DNA from: a virus
DNA: 64,000 nt
IMG/VR virus record: IMGVR_UViG_3300009553_000019
Span: 32,001-96,000 of that record
Reading direction: 5' to 3' (one strand)
Under the pieces are notes generated by a model that was given only the letters and a program-made list of their open reading frames with translations, did not search any database and had not been told where the DNA came from. Shown in pieces: positions 29,064 through 39,115 of this stretch (positions are counted from its first letter, which is position 1; every line of letters begins with the position of its first letter). A program made the position numbers and the translations under genes.

Positions 29064-30707
29064 ATGGGAAGAGTAGATAGAGGTTTAGTCAAGAAAAGAG
29101 CTGAGCTTTTTCTAAAAGAACTCAAACCTGGAATGACTGTAAAGGAGATTGAAGCTGCTAGTAAAATCTCAGCATCTCTTAGAGGTTTACCTAAACGTGC
29201 TGTTAGAGCAGTTTTGATGGGTACATATGCGTCGTTGCAGAAAGCAGGAAAAGTCAGAGTGATAGCTGGAAGGGATATGGCAACTAGTCATGAAAAGTTT
29301 CACATTGCAGATCCAAAACCGAGCTTTCAAGAAGCTAGCAGAGCTACAAAAGGTTTAAATGCTGGAACCTTTTCAACTCCTTACAAAGGAGTTGTGGACC
29401 AATCCCCCATTCAAGAACTAGATAAGGGCTTCTCTTCAGGCCCTTTGACTCCTGAAGGACAGGCAATGTTATCACCCCTTTCTTCTCTTGGTAGACCACC
29501 AAAAGATGAATATCCCGAACGTGCTGAAGAGGATGTCAACAGGTGGTTAAAGTTCAAAACTCTAGATCACCAGCAACGATTTAAAACAGAGGTGGAAAAG
29601 TTTGAGGCTGACATTAACAAAATTGTAGTAGATGCAGGCCTTCAATACTTAAACGATTTTGAACGGGTAGCTTTTGCGTGGGTTAGTGGAGAGAAACTAA
29701 GTGGAAGCTTTGACCCACTAGCTTTAGCAAAGCTAATAGCATCTGTCTACAAGATCTCTCGTCATCCAGTTTGGTGTGATCAAAAACAAAGTTCAAACAC
29801 TTTTGAAATTGAGACTACCCTAGCTGCTAGAGTGATCTCTGAGTTGCAAGTAGTTAAAGCGGATCTCGTGGAGGTGTTTAAGGGTGTAAACGCCTTACAT
29901 ACCTACGCTGACAAAAAGAAGCTTCCTGGCTGGGACTACTACTTTAGCTCTGGAGCATCTTATGTAGAAGTATCAAAAGGAAGATTTGATACTTTTTTGC
30001 AGCTTTGGCTAAGGTCAGGGTTTGCTAGATTGAATGTAGGTCACAAATTAGCGGCAGCTTTAGCCTTAACTGATGCCCCAGAGATTCCTCTTCATTCGCC
30101 ATGGGACGCTTGGAGCCTGACTATCCCCGATGGATTCTTTTCAAACCTTAAGATTGAACCTGTAGCAAAAAATGGTAACCCAACTAAAAGTGAGGATGCT
30201 ACAGTCTCTCTCAGAAGGGCATGGTTCATAGGAACAGAAATCGTTTGTCTTCTGGGTGATTGGGAAGGTGCTACTCGAGGTACTGCAATCACTTGGAATG
30301 AACATATGGATCTGTGCTATGGTAAAGACATCGTCCAGATGGTTAAAAACCTTGGGATGGGAGCTATAGCAGCTATTGAGAATCACCCAGTTAAGCAGTC
30401 AAGTAGCTGGGGATCTACTAGGTCAAAAACAAATGAGAAACGACTAGAAGCTCCAGCTGTTGGAGCAACTTACGAACTAGCAGCTCCTGTCACAATTGAT
30501 CTCCGAGATGATTTAAAGCGAATTGTAGCTGGTGAAAGACGTGGCAAAGGTACTTCGCCAAAAGCTTACTGGATTGTCAAAGGGCATTGGAAGCAACAAG
30601 TCCATGGTCCAAAACGAGGTCTTAGAAAGACGATCTGGATCGAACCTTACCCCAAGGGCGACCCCAGCTTAAAGGTTCTTATGAGAACGGTTGATGTAGA
30701 TGAGTGA
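29064..30707 (+). CDS. Hypothetical early protein with C-terminal GHW..Q..G...WI.P motif
   Basis: ATG 29064 after GAGGA; C-terminal VKGHWKQQVHG...KTIWIEPY motif seen in many phage proteins. Confidence 0.65.
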   Translation: MGRVDRGLVKKRAELFLKELKPGMTVKEIEAASKISASLRGLPKRAVRAVLMGTYASLQKAGKVRVIAGRDMATSHEKFHIADPKPSFQEASRATKGLNAGTFSTPYKGVVDQSPIQELDKGFSSGPLTPEGQAMLSPLSSLGRPPKDEYPERAEEDVNRWLKFKTLDHQQRFKTEVEKFEADINKIVVDAGLQYLNDFERVAFAWVSGEKLSGSFDPLALAKLIASVYKISRHPVWCDQKQSSNTFEIETTLAARVISELQVVKADLVEVFKGVNALHTYADKKKLPGWDYYFSSGASYVEVSKGRFDTFLQLWLRSGFARLNVGHKLAAALALTDAPEIPLHSPWDAWSLTIPDGFFSNLKIEPVAKNGNPTKSEDATVSLRRAWFIGTEIVCLLGDWEGATRGTAITWNEHMDLCYGKDIVQMVKNLGMGAIAAIENHPVKQSSSWGSTRSKTNEKRLEAPAVGATYELAAPVTIDLRDDLKRIVAGERRGKGTSPKAYWIVKGHWKQQVHGPKRGLRKTIWIEPYPKGDPSLKVLMRTVDVDE

Positions 30708-31158
30708 GCAAGAATTTATCGTGATGCTAACCTTAGGTTGGTGTCGGTCATTCTCTGCTAAACACTTAGGCCAAAGAGTTCAGGCATATAAGATATTCTC
30801 TGATGGTTCAGAGGAGTTAATGACTGGTACATCGGTGGTAGGACAGTCATTAACCTCTCCCAAGGATAGAGGTTCCAAGTTCTGGTTTCTAGCTAAGGTT
30901 CCATTCTGTAACCAAGACAAAATCAGGCTGGAAGTTTTTAGTGGTTACAAGACGAAAGGTGAAGATGAACGACTAACCTTTCGAAAACTATATATCGTTG
31001 TTGCTGATGCTCCAATTAGGGAGTTTTCAATACCTAATGTTGGTTACAGGGGTGTACCACTTTTGAAGGGTAGGCTACTTGAAGTTGCAAGTTTGTCCAA
31101 CGAAGAGGTTAAAAACCATGCTATTAACCAAATTCTAACCGATGAAGAAGGGATGTAG
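30700..31158 (+). CDS. Hypothetical protein
   Basis: Overlaps the previous stop, 152 aa. Confidence 0.55.
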   Translation: MSEQEFIVMLTLGWCRSFSAKHLGQRVQAYKIFSDGSEELMTGTSVVGQSLTSPKDRGSKFWFLAKVPFCNQDKIRLEVFSGYKTKGEDERLTFRKLYIVVADAPIREFSIPNVGYRGVPLLKGRLLEVASLSNEEVKNHAINQILTDEEGM

Positions 31159-31203
31159 CAGTAGGTAGAATAACTTGAATACGTCCTAACGGAGTGATAA
31201 AGT

Positions 31204-33027
31204 TTGCCGATCGACATAGATGTTCTAGACGAAAAACACCTATCAATCAGTTTGGTTGACCAAAGACATGCACAGCAAGTAAATCTACTTTGTCAGTCTT
31301 TACTGAATAGTCAGTTTGAAAGGCTAAAAAATCACTGGAAAATAACATGGCACGATCTGGTTCATCTAAGATCAAAGATGGACAAGATGGGGTTGAATTC
31401 TGGTAGATCCGCTACTGATGAGGCTATTGCCTGGTTTAAAAATCAGGAAGCTGAGGATGCTAACATTGATCACATCAAGGCTGGATTACAGAATGATCAG
31501 CTGAATGGGATTCAGAAATTACTCAAAACCAATCCCTATGCAGATCAACTAAGCGGGATTAGGTTTTTAACCACTAGACCTAGAGCGGTTTTAGCAGACG
31601 AGATGGGGATTGGAAAGACTCTCCAACTATTGTCCGCTTATGCTTGGTTAAAAGAGACTGAAGGGGTTGGTCCATTTTTAGTGATCTGTCCTAATGCAGT
31701 CAAGCAAGGGTGGGTAAAAGAGGTTGCAAAGCATACCAATCTAACTGTGAAAGCTTTAGGGAATGGTTCAACCCAGCTTGCTCTAGACTTTGCAGAGTAC
31801 AGAAAGAACAGAACTGATGTTCTTGTCATCCACTTTGATGGGATGGTAACAGTCACTTCGAAGAACAATAAGCGAAAGAAGGCATGGTCAGAGCTAGTTG
31901 AAGATATGCTAAAGCTTCCATGGGGTGGCATTATTATCGATGAGGCTCATCAAGCTAAGAACCTAGAAGTAAAGAGAGCCAAAGCATCACTTTACTTCTG
32001 TCAGAATGCCAAGCCTATGAAGCGCGGCCAGCAGGTGAGGGTTTGGCTAGCAACAGGAACACCCATTAGCGAATCTCCAATGGATGCTTGGGCTGTTTTT
32101 AGCTTTCTTGAACCTACGATTGTACCTAAAGTTTTTAACCGCTTTGAGTCTTATTTCACAGTTAAGGCAAAACGAAATTATGGCAATTTTAGATTCACCG
32201 AAACTGTAGGTTATCGAAATCTTGGTGAGCTGAAGCAACTGCTGCATCGTCTAATGATTAGACGATTGAAGTCTGAAATTAAAGGGATGCCAGAAAAGGT
32301 TGGCGTTGTTCGCTACGTTCAGATGACTGGAAAGCAAAGGCAGCTTTATCAAGATATCAAGAAAGGTGTTTACGATTCAGTAATTCAGGAGCCTGAAAAC
32401 AAGTTAAGCATCGCCTTCGCAATGACAAAGTGTATCAGACTTCGTCAAGCTCTAAACCATCCCTCTATTGTCGATAAAGAGGGTGGAAGTGCAAAATACG
32501 AAGAGCTTGACTTGATTTTAGAAGAGGTCTTAGCAGATCCTATGGCTAAGATTCTGATCTGGACAGAGTACAGAGCTGCCGTAGATATGCTGTTTGAACG
32601 CTACAACGAAAAGTATGGCGCAATCAAATTAGTCGGTGGTGTTACCCAAGCAGAGATGGCAGAACTGTCAAAGAATTGGGACACTATGAAGCAACGAGTT
32701 GCAATAGCGATTCCCATGTTTGGTGGAACAGGGGTTGACTTCTTACAGCGTTGCCGTACTGCAGTATACGTTGAAGCTCCATACTCAACTATTATGTTTC
32801 GACAGTCGGCAGATCGAATTCATCGAAGAATTGGTGAGATTAAGACCGAGATCGATAAGATCAAATCCTCACCTTGTACGCTTATCTTCCTTCAGGTTGA
32901 AGACTCAATTGACGAGCTGGTTTATAAGGCGTTGGGTCAAAAAGGGGATATTGTTGATGCGTTGCTGACGACTGACGACACGCTGATCAAGTTAGGACGA
33001 GAAGAACTCTTATCGTATCTTAAGTAA
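31204..33027 (+). CDS. SNF2-family helicase/translocase
   Basis: LADEMGIGKT, IIDEAH, ATGTP, RRLK and QSADRIHR motifs. Confidence 0.92.
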   Translation: MPIDIDVLDEKHLSISLVDQRHAQQVNLLCQSLLNSQFERLKNHWKITWHDLVHLRSKMDKMGLNSGRSATDEAIAWFKNQEAEDANIDHIKAGLQNDQLNGIQKLLKTNPYADQLSGIRFLTTRPRAVLADEMGIGKTLQLLSAYAWLKETEGVGPFLVICPNAVKQGWVKEVAKHTNLTVKALGNGSTQLALDFAEYRKNRTDVLVIHFDGMVTVTSKNNKRKKAWSELVEDMLKLPWGGIIIDEAHQAKNLEVKRAKASLYFCQNAKPMKRGQQVRVWLATGTPISESPMDAWAVFSFLEPTIVPKVFNRFESYFTVKAKRNYGNFRFTETVGYRNLGELKQLLHRLMIRRLKSEIKGMPEKVGVVRYVQMTGKQRQLYQDIKKGVYDSVIQEPENKLSIAFAMTKCIRLRQALNHPSIVDKEGGSAKYEELDLILEEVLADPMAKILIWTEYRAAVDMLFERYNEKYGAIKLVGGVTQAEMAELSKNWDTMKQRVAIAIPMFGGTGVDFLQRCRTAVYVEAPYSTIMFRQSADRIHRRIGEIKTEIDKIKSSPCTLIFLQVEDSIDELVYKALGQKGDIVDALLTTDDTLIKLGREELLSYLK

Positions 33028-33057
33028 TTGGTTAAATCAATGAAAACTATCAAAAAT

Positions 33058-33086
33058 TTCAGAACCGATTTTCCTCCTGGTATAAT
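33058..33086 (+). promoter_or_regulatory. Sigma70-like promoter upstream of the structured region
   Basis: TTCAGA-17 nt-TATAAT with extended TG (TGgTATAAT). Confidence 0.6.
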
Positions 33087-33089
33087 CCT

Positions 33090-33430
33090 TAAAAACGCTG
33101 AAATTTGCATTGCAGTTAATTTTATTACAAAGCTGTTTGTAGGTTGAAAAACCAAACGTTGCTTCTCATACGACATTTCTTGATGTTTTTGATCAACTCA
33201 ATGTTATCGAGACAGTTACATTCTTGGAATGACTCAAGTATTCGTCGATTTCAGCATAGGTTTTCTGTGGTGTATTTGATTGTTACTACAATCAGCTCCT
33301 ATATCTCTAATCCCTTAGAGATATATCTTAACTTTTCTTTCGAAAGAGAGATTTTAAGAAGAGATAGAGAGCTAAAGCTCTCTAGGGGAAATTTGGTGGA
33401 ACGTCGTCGTGACGTGACGGAGGCGACGTG
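33090..33430 (+). other. Hairpin array: candidate replication origin or structured 5' leader/ncRNA
   Basis: Inverted repeats at 33126-33141, 33277-33294, 33300-33325, 33326-33359, 33365-33384 and 33401-33429; long-range GCTGAAAT(33097)/ATTTCAGC(33248). Confidence 0.55.
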
Positions 33431-34759
33431 GGCATAAGTAGATCGAATTCGGAGGTTCAAAACCTCCTGAAGAGGGGAGCAAAATGCTTCGTAATTCATG
33501 GTAGGAAGTTTTGGCCTGTTGTAGCTAAACAGGAAGAGATTCCTGTTTTCGAAAAACAAGAAAAACCAGTTGTTGAAAAACCAACCCCCTCAGTGAAACC
33601 AAAGATTCCAAAGCCTGCACTCCCGATTAAATCCTCGGTTGACGCATGGGAATCAATCCTAGATGATATAGCAGAAGATTGTAAGACAGTCTTTCTAGCT
33701 AGAGGAGGGGTTGGTACAAAACCATGGTTTATGCGTTGGAGTACTCAAAGACAAAAAATTCTTGATAGCTTGATTGGTATGCGCGTGATTGGCCTGACTG
33801 GATTTCGAGATTCGATAGATAGTGAACTTTCAGATAGAGAGCTTCTCAAGAGTGCTGGTAAAATGCTTTGCAGGTTGTTAGACATGCGAACTAGCGTTTT
33901 CCATTCTCCCCGAGCCTGGTTTTCAAAAGCAAAAGATGGTCCGTTCTGGTTCCACGGTCTACCTATTCTGACTAGAGCTAAGTGCAATAACCTAGTCTCA
34001 GATATGAATGCAGTGGATCTTTACAACCAGTTTGTTGTTAGAGTCTTGCATAAACCAGCAGAGAAAGTTGTAGAGCTGGTGCCTAGCACTGATGGGCATC
34101 TTGGTTTTGATCTCTACCCAATCAGCGAGATATTCTCCTTTGCAAACCAACATAAGATGCCTTTCGAAAGCCTGCTTCGATTGTTGTGGTTGAGAGAGGT
34201 TGATCATTGCGAACGCTTTGGTGGAATACCGTCGTATTTAGCTTGTAAACTTTCAAGACACTTACTAAGAACAACACCAGCAGAAATCAAACGAGCCTTA
34301 GCAAATAATGGTACGTCAGAGTTTCTGACTATTCTGCAAGTTCCTGGTGTTCCATACTTACCAAAGAAATTGCGATATGGTTTGGACTGTCGAAATATTG
34401 TGGTTCCAACTCTTGGAAGATTGACAGCAATTACAGATGGTGGTCAAGCAATTCTCGAAGACGAGAAGGGCAGGGTTTCAGCTGAGGGAAATCAGCTTCC
34501 AACTCTAGAGGTGGTTAAGGGGTGGGGGAAAGGTATTCAGATCTGGGCTACTGAAGAGAATTTCAAAGAGCTAGGAAAATTCTGGTATAATCCACCACCT
34601 AAATGCCCTTGGGAGTGGTACAAGAAGTGGGGAGACAAAGCATACTTGGAGTCAGGTAAAGCAATCCACCCAGATCCAAAGTTTCGACCTGATGTAGTCT
34701 GGCTAGAGCAGTCTGGTATAACTATCGAGGAGTGGGCTAAGCAAAATGCTGTGGGTTGA
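33428..34759 (+). CDS. Hypothetical protein, possible replication initiator
   Basis: GTG with GGAGG SD; heads the run of DnaC-like and DnaB-like genes. Function inferred from position only. Confidence 0.5.
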   Translation: MGISRSNSEVQNLLKRGAKCFVIHGRKFWPVVAKQEEIPVFEKQEKPVVEKPTPSVKPKIPKPALPIKSSVDAWESILDDIAEDCKTVFLARGGVGTKPWFMRWSTQRQKILDSLIGMRVIGLTGFRDSIDSELSDRELLKSAGKMLCRLLDMRTSVFHSPRAWFSKAKDGPFWFHGLPILTRAKCNNLVSDMNAVDLYNQFVVRVLHKPAEKVVELVPSTDGHLGFDLYPISEIFSFANQHKMPFESLLRLLWLREVDHCERFGGIPSYLACKLSRHLLRTTPAEIKRALANNGTSEFLTILQVPGVPYLPKKLRYGLDCRNIVVPTLGRLTAITDGGQAILEDEKGRVSAEGNQLPTLEVVKGWGKGIQIWATEENFKELGKFWYNPPPKCPWEWYKKWGDKAYLESGKAIHPDPKFRPDVVWLEQSGITIEEWAKQNAVG

Positions 34760-35597
34760 GAGTTATGGTTCGTATTCAGAATGGTGTTCTGAGTGTCCAA
34801 TCTGCAAAGGGCAGAGATTTTTAAGCGAGAGTTCACCTCTTCAACTTGGTTTAGCATTTAGAGAAGCTAGTTCTGAAGCTTGTCCATGCTGGTTTTTATA
34901 CTGTGCTATGCAGAGGTTGTGGGCTCAAGAGTACCCCAAAGGTTACTTGGGTTGGAATTGGGATTCAACTTACCCCTTGTCAGAACTTCCACCGGAACAC
35001 CCGTGGTACACTAGACACCCTGAATCATTCGCCTGGAGCTTTTCCGAAGCTGATGAAGAGGCTTTACGATTTTGGGTTAACAATCCTCTGGCAGTGGTTT
35101 CCAAAGGACTTTCTCTGGTTATACATGGCGATAAAGGAGTTGGGAAGAGCTCTTTAGCTACTGTATTATCGAAAGAGTTAGTTAAGCGTAGGGGTGTTGA
35201 TGCAAGTGGTTACATAAGCGAGTTTGTTGTAAGATTTCTTGTTGGTGATGAACTCTATCAGTACCTGAACATGCGGGATCGAGCTGGTCACGAAGTGCTA
35301 AATACTGCACTAAGAGCAAGCTTGTTAGTAATAGATGATCTACGTTTAGCGTATACAGGGTTTGCAAATACTGAGTTAGTTGAACGCGTGCATTCTCTTC
35401 TCCAGCATAGAGCTGGTAATAATTTACCTACAATAGTGACTATGAATAAGTTGTCAAAGTCAGCAGACTTCAAGCCCAACAGCGTAACAGAGTTTTTGGG
35501 GATTGAAGCTACTGGCATTCCAGATAAGTTTGGCAAGTATCGATTCATTCAGGTAACCAATGAGCCTATGCGTCCAGCACCAGATTGGGAAATCTGA
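34746..35597 (+). CDS. DnaC/IstB-like AAA+ helicase loader
   Basis: N-terminal CPIC...CPC, Walker A GDKGVGKS, Walker B LLVIDDL, HR..NNLPTIVTMN. Confidence 0.8.
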   Translation: MLWVESYGSYSEWCSECPICKGQRFLSESSPLQLGLAFREASSEACPCWFLYCAMQRLWAQEYPKGYLGWNWDSTYPLSELPPEHPWYTRHPESFAWSFSEADEEALRFWVNNPLAVVSKGLSLVIHGDKGVGKSSLATVLSKELVKRRGVDASGYISEFVVRFLVGDELYQYLNMRDRAGHEVLNTALRASLLVIDDLRLAYTGFANTELVERVHSLLQHRAGNNLPTIVTMNKLSKSADFKPNSVTEFLGIEATGIPDKFGKYRFIQVTNEPMRPAPDWEI

Positions 35598-35603
35598 TAC
35601 AGA

Positions 35604-37016
35604 ATGTCTGCTGGCGAACAACAGAAACTTTACATCGATCCTGAGACCGAAGAACAGCTCATAGCTGGAGTTGTTCAAAACAATCCAGTAGTGATGGGTT
35701 CTGGTATCTATGAAGAGCTGGAAGATTGGCACTTTTCGATACCTGATTATCAATGGTTGATACGAGATTTGAGAGCTGAGGGTAGAGTTTTACCAAAACC
35801 TTTACTGATAGAGAAGATTCATCAAACGTTTCAGAAAGTTGACGATAGAGATCGAGCGTTGATGGTTCTGACAAGATTGTATGATCTACCGTTAACTTTT
35901 CCAGAAGATGCTGCTAGCTCTTTTAGAAAATTTCTAGCGTTTCAAACAGCTACAGCTGCTGTTCGTAAGTTTTTTGAGAAGTATCAGACAACCAAGAATG
36001 TAGAGCTTTCGATTAGAGACTTGACAGAAGGTCTTTCGAAATCTGCTTATCTTGTTGAAAAGAAGAACACAGCAGTATTTGATTACGCAGCTGGCTGGGA
36101 ACAAAGAGAAGCAGATCGTAAACACTTACGGGATAACCCAGACCTTAGCCCAAGATTGAGGTTGGGCATTGCAAGGTTTGATGCTCAGGTGAAGATGAAA
36201 GTTGGTACAGTAACCAACTTTTTAGCACCGATGAAGCGGTACAAATCCGTGATGCTAACCTCTGCAGCCTATGCAGGGATCTTGCAGGGATTCAACGTTT
36301 TTCTTGCAGTGCTTGAAAACACGCCAGAACTTACTATGAATAGGCTTGACTCTATGTTTACTCAGATCAACTACGATCGAATTGTAAACTACCTAAAGAG
36401 TCCCTCGGAGAAAAAGTTTGCAGATGATCTGTTTCGTCGAATTGATTCATGGCCACAGAGGCTGAAAATCATCAAAGGCGAGCCAAAGAGAACTGGTGTA
36501 GTTGAGCTGGATAGGGAGTTGAAATCTCTATCAAGAGACGGTTTTGTGGCGGAGTTGGGTGTTTATGATTATGCTAATCTGATGAAACCTTCAGTAGGTC
36601 AGTCAGATGATCACCTAGGTCAGACTCAAGTGATCTGGGATATGCAAAACTCTGCTAAACAAAATAACCGAATTATTGTAACCGCCTCTCAGGCAAACGT
36701 TGCCGGTGCTGGTGTTGATAAAGATGGCAAACCAATCAAACTTCGGGAAGATATGCAGGGCAAGGCTCTAGGTATCTCCCAAGCGGTTGACAATTCGATT
36801 GCAATCAATATCGAACTAGGTCAAGTTGATGAGCATGGCAGGGCAAATCCAGCTCAAATCATTCTCTCTATTTTGTTTATGAGGGATGGTAAGATTACGG
36901 AGCCTGATATTAGGCTCTTAAGTGAAGTTGACAGGATGTGCTTGGACCGAGGGATGAGAGAACTCTGGTCCGAAGCTCAAGAGTTTGATGGTGTGACAAT
37001 GACACTTCCGTCGTAG
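35604..37016 (+). CDS. DnaB-like replicative helicase
   Basis: ETEEQLIAG N-terminus, LEN, YDYANLM and IVTASQAN motifs; Walker A is divergent (APMKRYKS). Confidence 0.75.
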   Translation: MSAGEQQKLYIDPETEEQLIAGVVQNNPVVMGSGIYEELEDWHFSIPDYQWLIRDLRAEGRVLPKPLLIEKIHQTFQKVDDRDRALMVLTRLYDLPLTFPEDAASSFRKFLAFQTATAAVRKFFEKYQTTKNVELSIRDLTEGLSKSAYLVEKKNTAVFDYAAGWEQREADRKHLRDNPDLSPRLRLGIARFDAQVKMKVGTVTNFLAPMKRYKSVMLTSAAYAGILQGFNVFLAVLENTPELTMNRLDSMFTQINYDRIVNYLKSPSEKKFADDLFRRIDSWPQRLKIIKGEPKRTGVVELDRELKSLSRDGFVAELGVYDYANLMKPSVGQSDDHLGQTQVIWDMQNSAKQNNRIIVTASQANVAGAGVDKDGKPIKLREDMQGKALGISQAVDNSIAINIELGQVDEHGRANPAQIILSILFMRDGKITEPDIRLLSEVDRMCLDRGMRELWSEAQEFDGVTMTLPS

Positions 37017-37046
37017 TTGTATCATCGTTTATAGGAGAGAAGAACA

Positions 37047-37475
37047 ATGTCTGGTCGTGAAAATCTTCGTGTTGAAGCTAACAAAATTCTGAAGACTGCC
37101 AACCTGCCAACTCTGTCTAGTGAAGCCTGCGCAGCTGTTTTTGATGCATTGGTTGGCATGCTTAAGAACGGTGATCGGGTTATGATTCAGGAGTTTGGCA
37201 CCTTCTATCGAAAGCTCCAAGCTCCTCGAGTCGCTCGTAATCCCAAGACTGGTGAGCAGTTGTTGATTCCGGGGAAGGTCAAGGTTGGTTTTTGTTGTAC
37301 TGTTCCAGCTTTTGAAGTCAACGAAGCTGAAGGAAAGCAAATTGAGAAGTTGACTGCAGCAAATGCTAAATTTTCAGAGCAGGCAGCTAAGCCAGCCAAG
37401 CCTGCTCCAGCTCCAAAGCCTGCAAAAGCACCTAAAGCAGCCCCTGCTACTGCTCCTGAGGCTGAGAAGAAATGA
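37047..37475 (+). CDS. HU/IHF-family DNA-binding protein with Pro/Ala/Lys tail
   Basis: GDRVMIQEFGTF...RVARNPKTGEQLLIP; PAK-rich C-terminal tail. Confidence 0.9.
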   Translation: MSGRENLRVEANKILKTANLPTLSSEACAAVFDALVGMLKNGDRVMIQEFGTFYRKLQAPRVARNPKTGEQLLIPGKVKVGFCCTVPAFEVNEAEGKQIEKLTAANAKFSEQAAKPAKPAPAPKPAKAPKAAPATAPEAEKK

Positions 37476-37816
37476 GTGATTCTAAAGTAGCGATTTTAGA
37501 CTACGAGCCATTTCACCACTATTACTGGCTCAAGAAGGTCCTGCTAAAAGATATCACCTCTGCGGGTGGTATTGCCCTTACTACTGAACAATCTGCAAAA
37601 GCAGCTGTTTTTGAAGTGCTCAAAGCTGGCCCCGGGTATTTTGATCCAGTTGCTGGAAAACGTATGCCAATGTCAGCAGCAGTAGGCGATTACGTAGTAG
37701 TATCGCTTGAGTCTGTTGTTGATTTGATGTATGTTGGGTTGGGTCAAGGTGCGCTTTTGGTTTGCCCTGATACTGCAGTTTTGGGCAAAGTCAAAGTTAC
37801 GAGTCCACAGAACTGA
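37472..37816 (+). CDS. GroES-like co-chaperonin
   Basis: TSAGGIAL, VLKAGPG, PMSAAVGDYV and VLG motifs. Confidence 0.8.
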   Translation: MSDSKVAILDYEPFHHYYWLKKVLLKDITSAGGIALTTEQSAKAAVFEVLKAGPGYFDPVAGKRMPMSAAVGDYVVVSLESVVDLMYVGLGQGALLVCPDTAVLGKVKVTSPQN

Positions 37817-37823
37817 CCATTTT

Positions 37824-37862
37824 AAACCTGCTTTAGTTGAACGCTAAAGCAGGTTTTATTTT
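37824..37862 (+). terminator. Rho-independent terminator
   Basis: AAACCTGCTTTAG-ttgaacg-CTAAAGCAGGTTT followed by TATTTT. Confidence 0.8.
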
Positions 37863-37867
37863 ACTTC

Positions 37868-38803
37868 ATGAATATTAGAACTTATGTAGAGACTCATAGC
37901 AAACTATCCCATCTAAAAGAAGGTGGCAACAGAGGTGAGTTTAGGGGTGAATGCCCCTTCCATTTCGGAGGATACCAAAACTTCGCGATTAATGTAAACA
38001 CTGGCTTCTTTATTTGTAGAGCAGGATCGTGTGGGTTACGTGGAGGATTTCCACTCTTCTACAAACTGCTTGAAGGGATTCTTGACTGGTCTGAAGTCAA
38101 GAAGAAGCTATCAACAACTCTCCCAATTAGAAACTGGGAAGAAGTCCTTAACTTTCAAGGAAGTTTCGGATCAAAATCGGCTGATATTGCTTATCAACCA
38201 TTACCCTCAGAAGACTTTCAGTATAAGCTGACAAAAGATAATTTCCCCGATTATTTGAGAAACACTCGAAAATATACAGAAGATCTATTAGACTTAGGAT
38301 TTGATATTCGTTATTGTTATGCTGGTGATTATCGAAATAGGTTGATAATCCCATTCATTGATCTTGATGGAAGACAGTGTACGTTTACCGCTAGATCTAT
38401 AGTCCCTTCAGAACAGATTCGATACAGGTTTCCAGAAGGCGCCACAACGACTCAATTTCTCTACGGTGTCCACAGGTTGAATGTTGCACTAAAAAGGTTT
38501 TTCATAGTTGAAGGTCAGTTTGACGTGTGGCGTTTAGCAACTTATGGTGAATACGCTGTTGGTGCTTCTACCGTAACTCTCTCCAGTAGGCAGCTGATGG
38601 ATATTGCAAAACTCGCAGAATTGAACCAGTGCCAGGTATACGTGATGTTTGATTCTGGCGCTTTTCACCAAGCACAAAAGATTTGGGCTTCTTTAAGATC
38701 GATGGGTTGCAAACGAAGTGATCCAGTCGATATTTCTGAGTATGCTAAAGATCCTGATGAGTTAAGCAAAGAGTCACTAATAACCCTAGTTGGAGAAAGC
38801 TAA
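37868..38803 (+). CDS. DNA primase (CHC2 zinc finger + TOPRIM)
   Basis: CPFH...C....C zinc finger, RLIIP, IVEGQFD, MFD and KDPDE motifs. Confidence 0.88.
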   Translation: MNIRTYVETHSKLSHLKEGGNRGEFRGECPFHFGGYQNFAINVNTGFFICRAGSCGLRGGFPLFYKLLEGILDWSEVKKKLSTTLPIRNWEEVLNFQGSFGSKSADIAYQPLPSEDFQYKLTKDNFPDYLRNTRKYTEDLLDLGFDIRYCYAGDYRNRLIIPFIDLDGRQCTFTARSIVPSEQIRYRFPEGATTTQFLYGVHRLNVALKRFFIVEGQFDVWRLATYGEYAVGASTVTLSSRQLMDIAKLAELNQCQVYVMFDSGAFHQAQKIWASLRSMGCKRSDPVDISEYAKDPDELSKESLITLVGES

Positions 38804-39054
38804 TGAGTAATCCGCGTTTAAATGAGTTGTTTACTTTGAAAGAGGCTGCTGGTATCCTTGGTAGGAAGGAGTATGTTCTGTGGTACCATGCAAAGACTAA
38901 TGTCCATCACGAAGAGATGGGTTACAGAAAGTTTTTGACAAAAGAAGCGATGGTGAAAATTGCCAAAGAACATATGGTTCTCCGTGATGGCGAGAAACTT
39001 GAAGATATTTTGGCTAGAATCGAGGAAGCTGCAAAAGCAAAGAAGGCTGCATAA
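38803..39054 (+). CDS. Small HTH DNA-binding protein
   Basis: LFTLKEAAGILG, an excisionase/MerR-like HTH start. Confidence 0.6.
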   Translation: MSNPRLNELFTLKEAAGILGRKEYVLWYHAKTNVHHEEMGYRKFLTKEAMVKIAKEHMVLRDGEKLEDILARIEEAAKAKKAA

Positions 39055-39115
39055 TATGTTTTAGAGCTTTGTGAGTCTCCTGACAACAAAATATTAACAT
39101 AGCATTTCTGCTTAC

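Noticed and set aside
33144-33437. 97-aa + strand ORF across the hairpin region
   Set aside because: TTG start without SD and low-complexity translation explained by the inverted repeats; not fully excluded.
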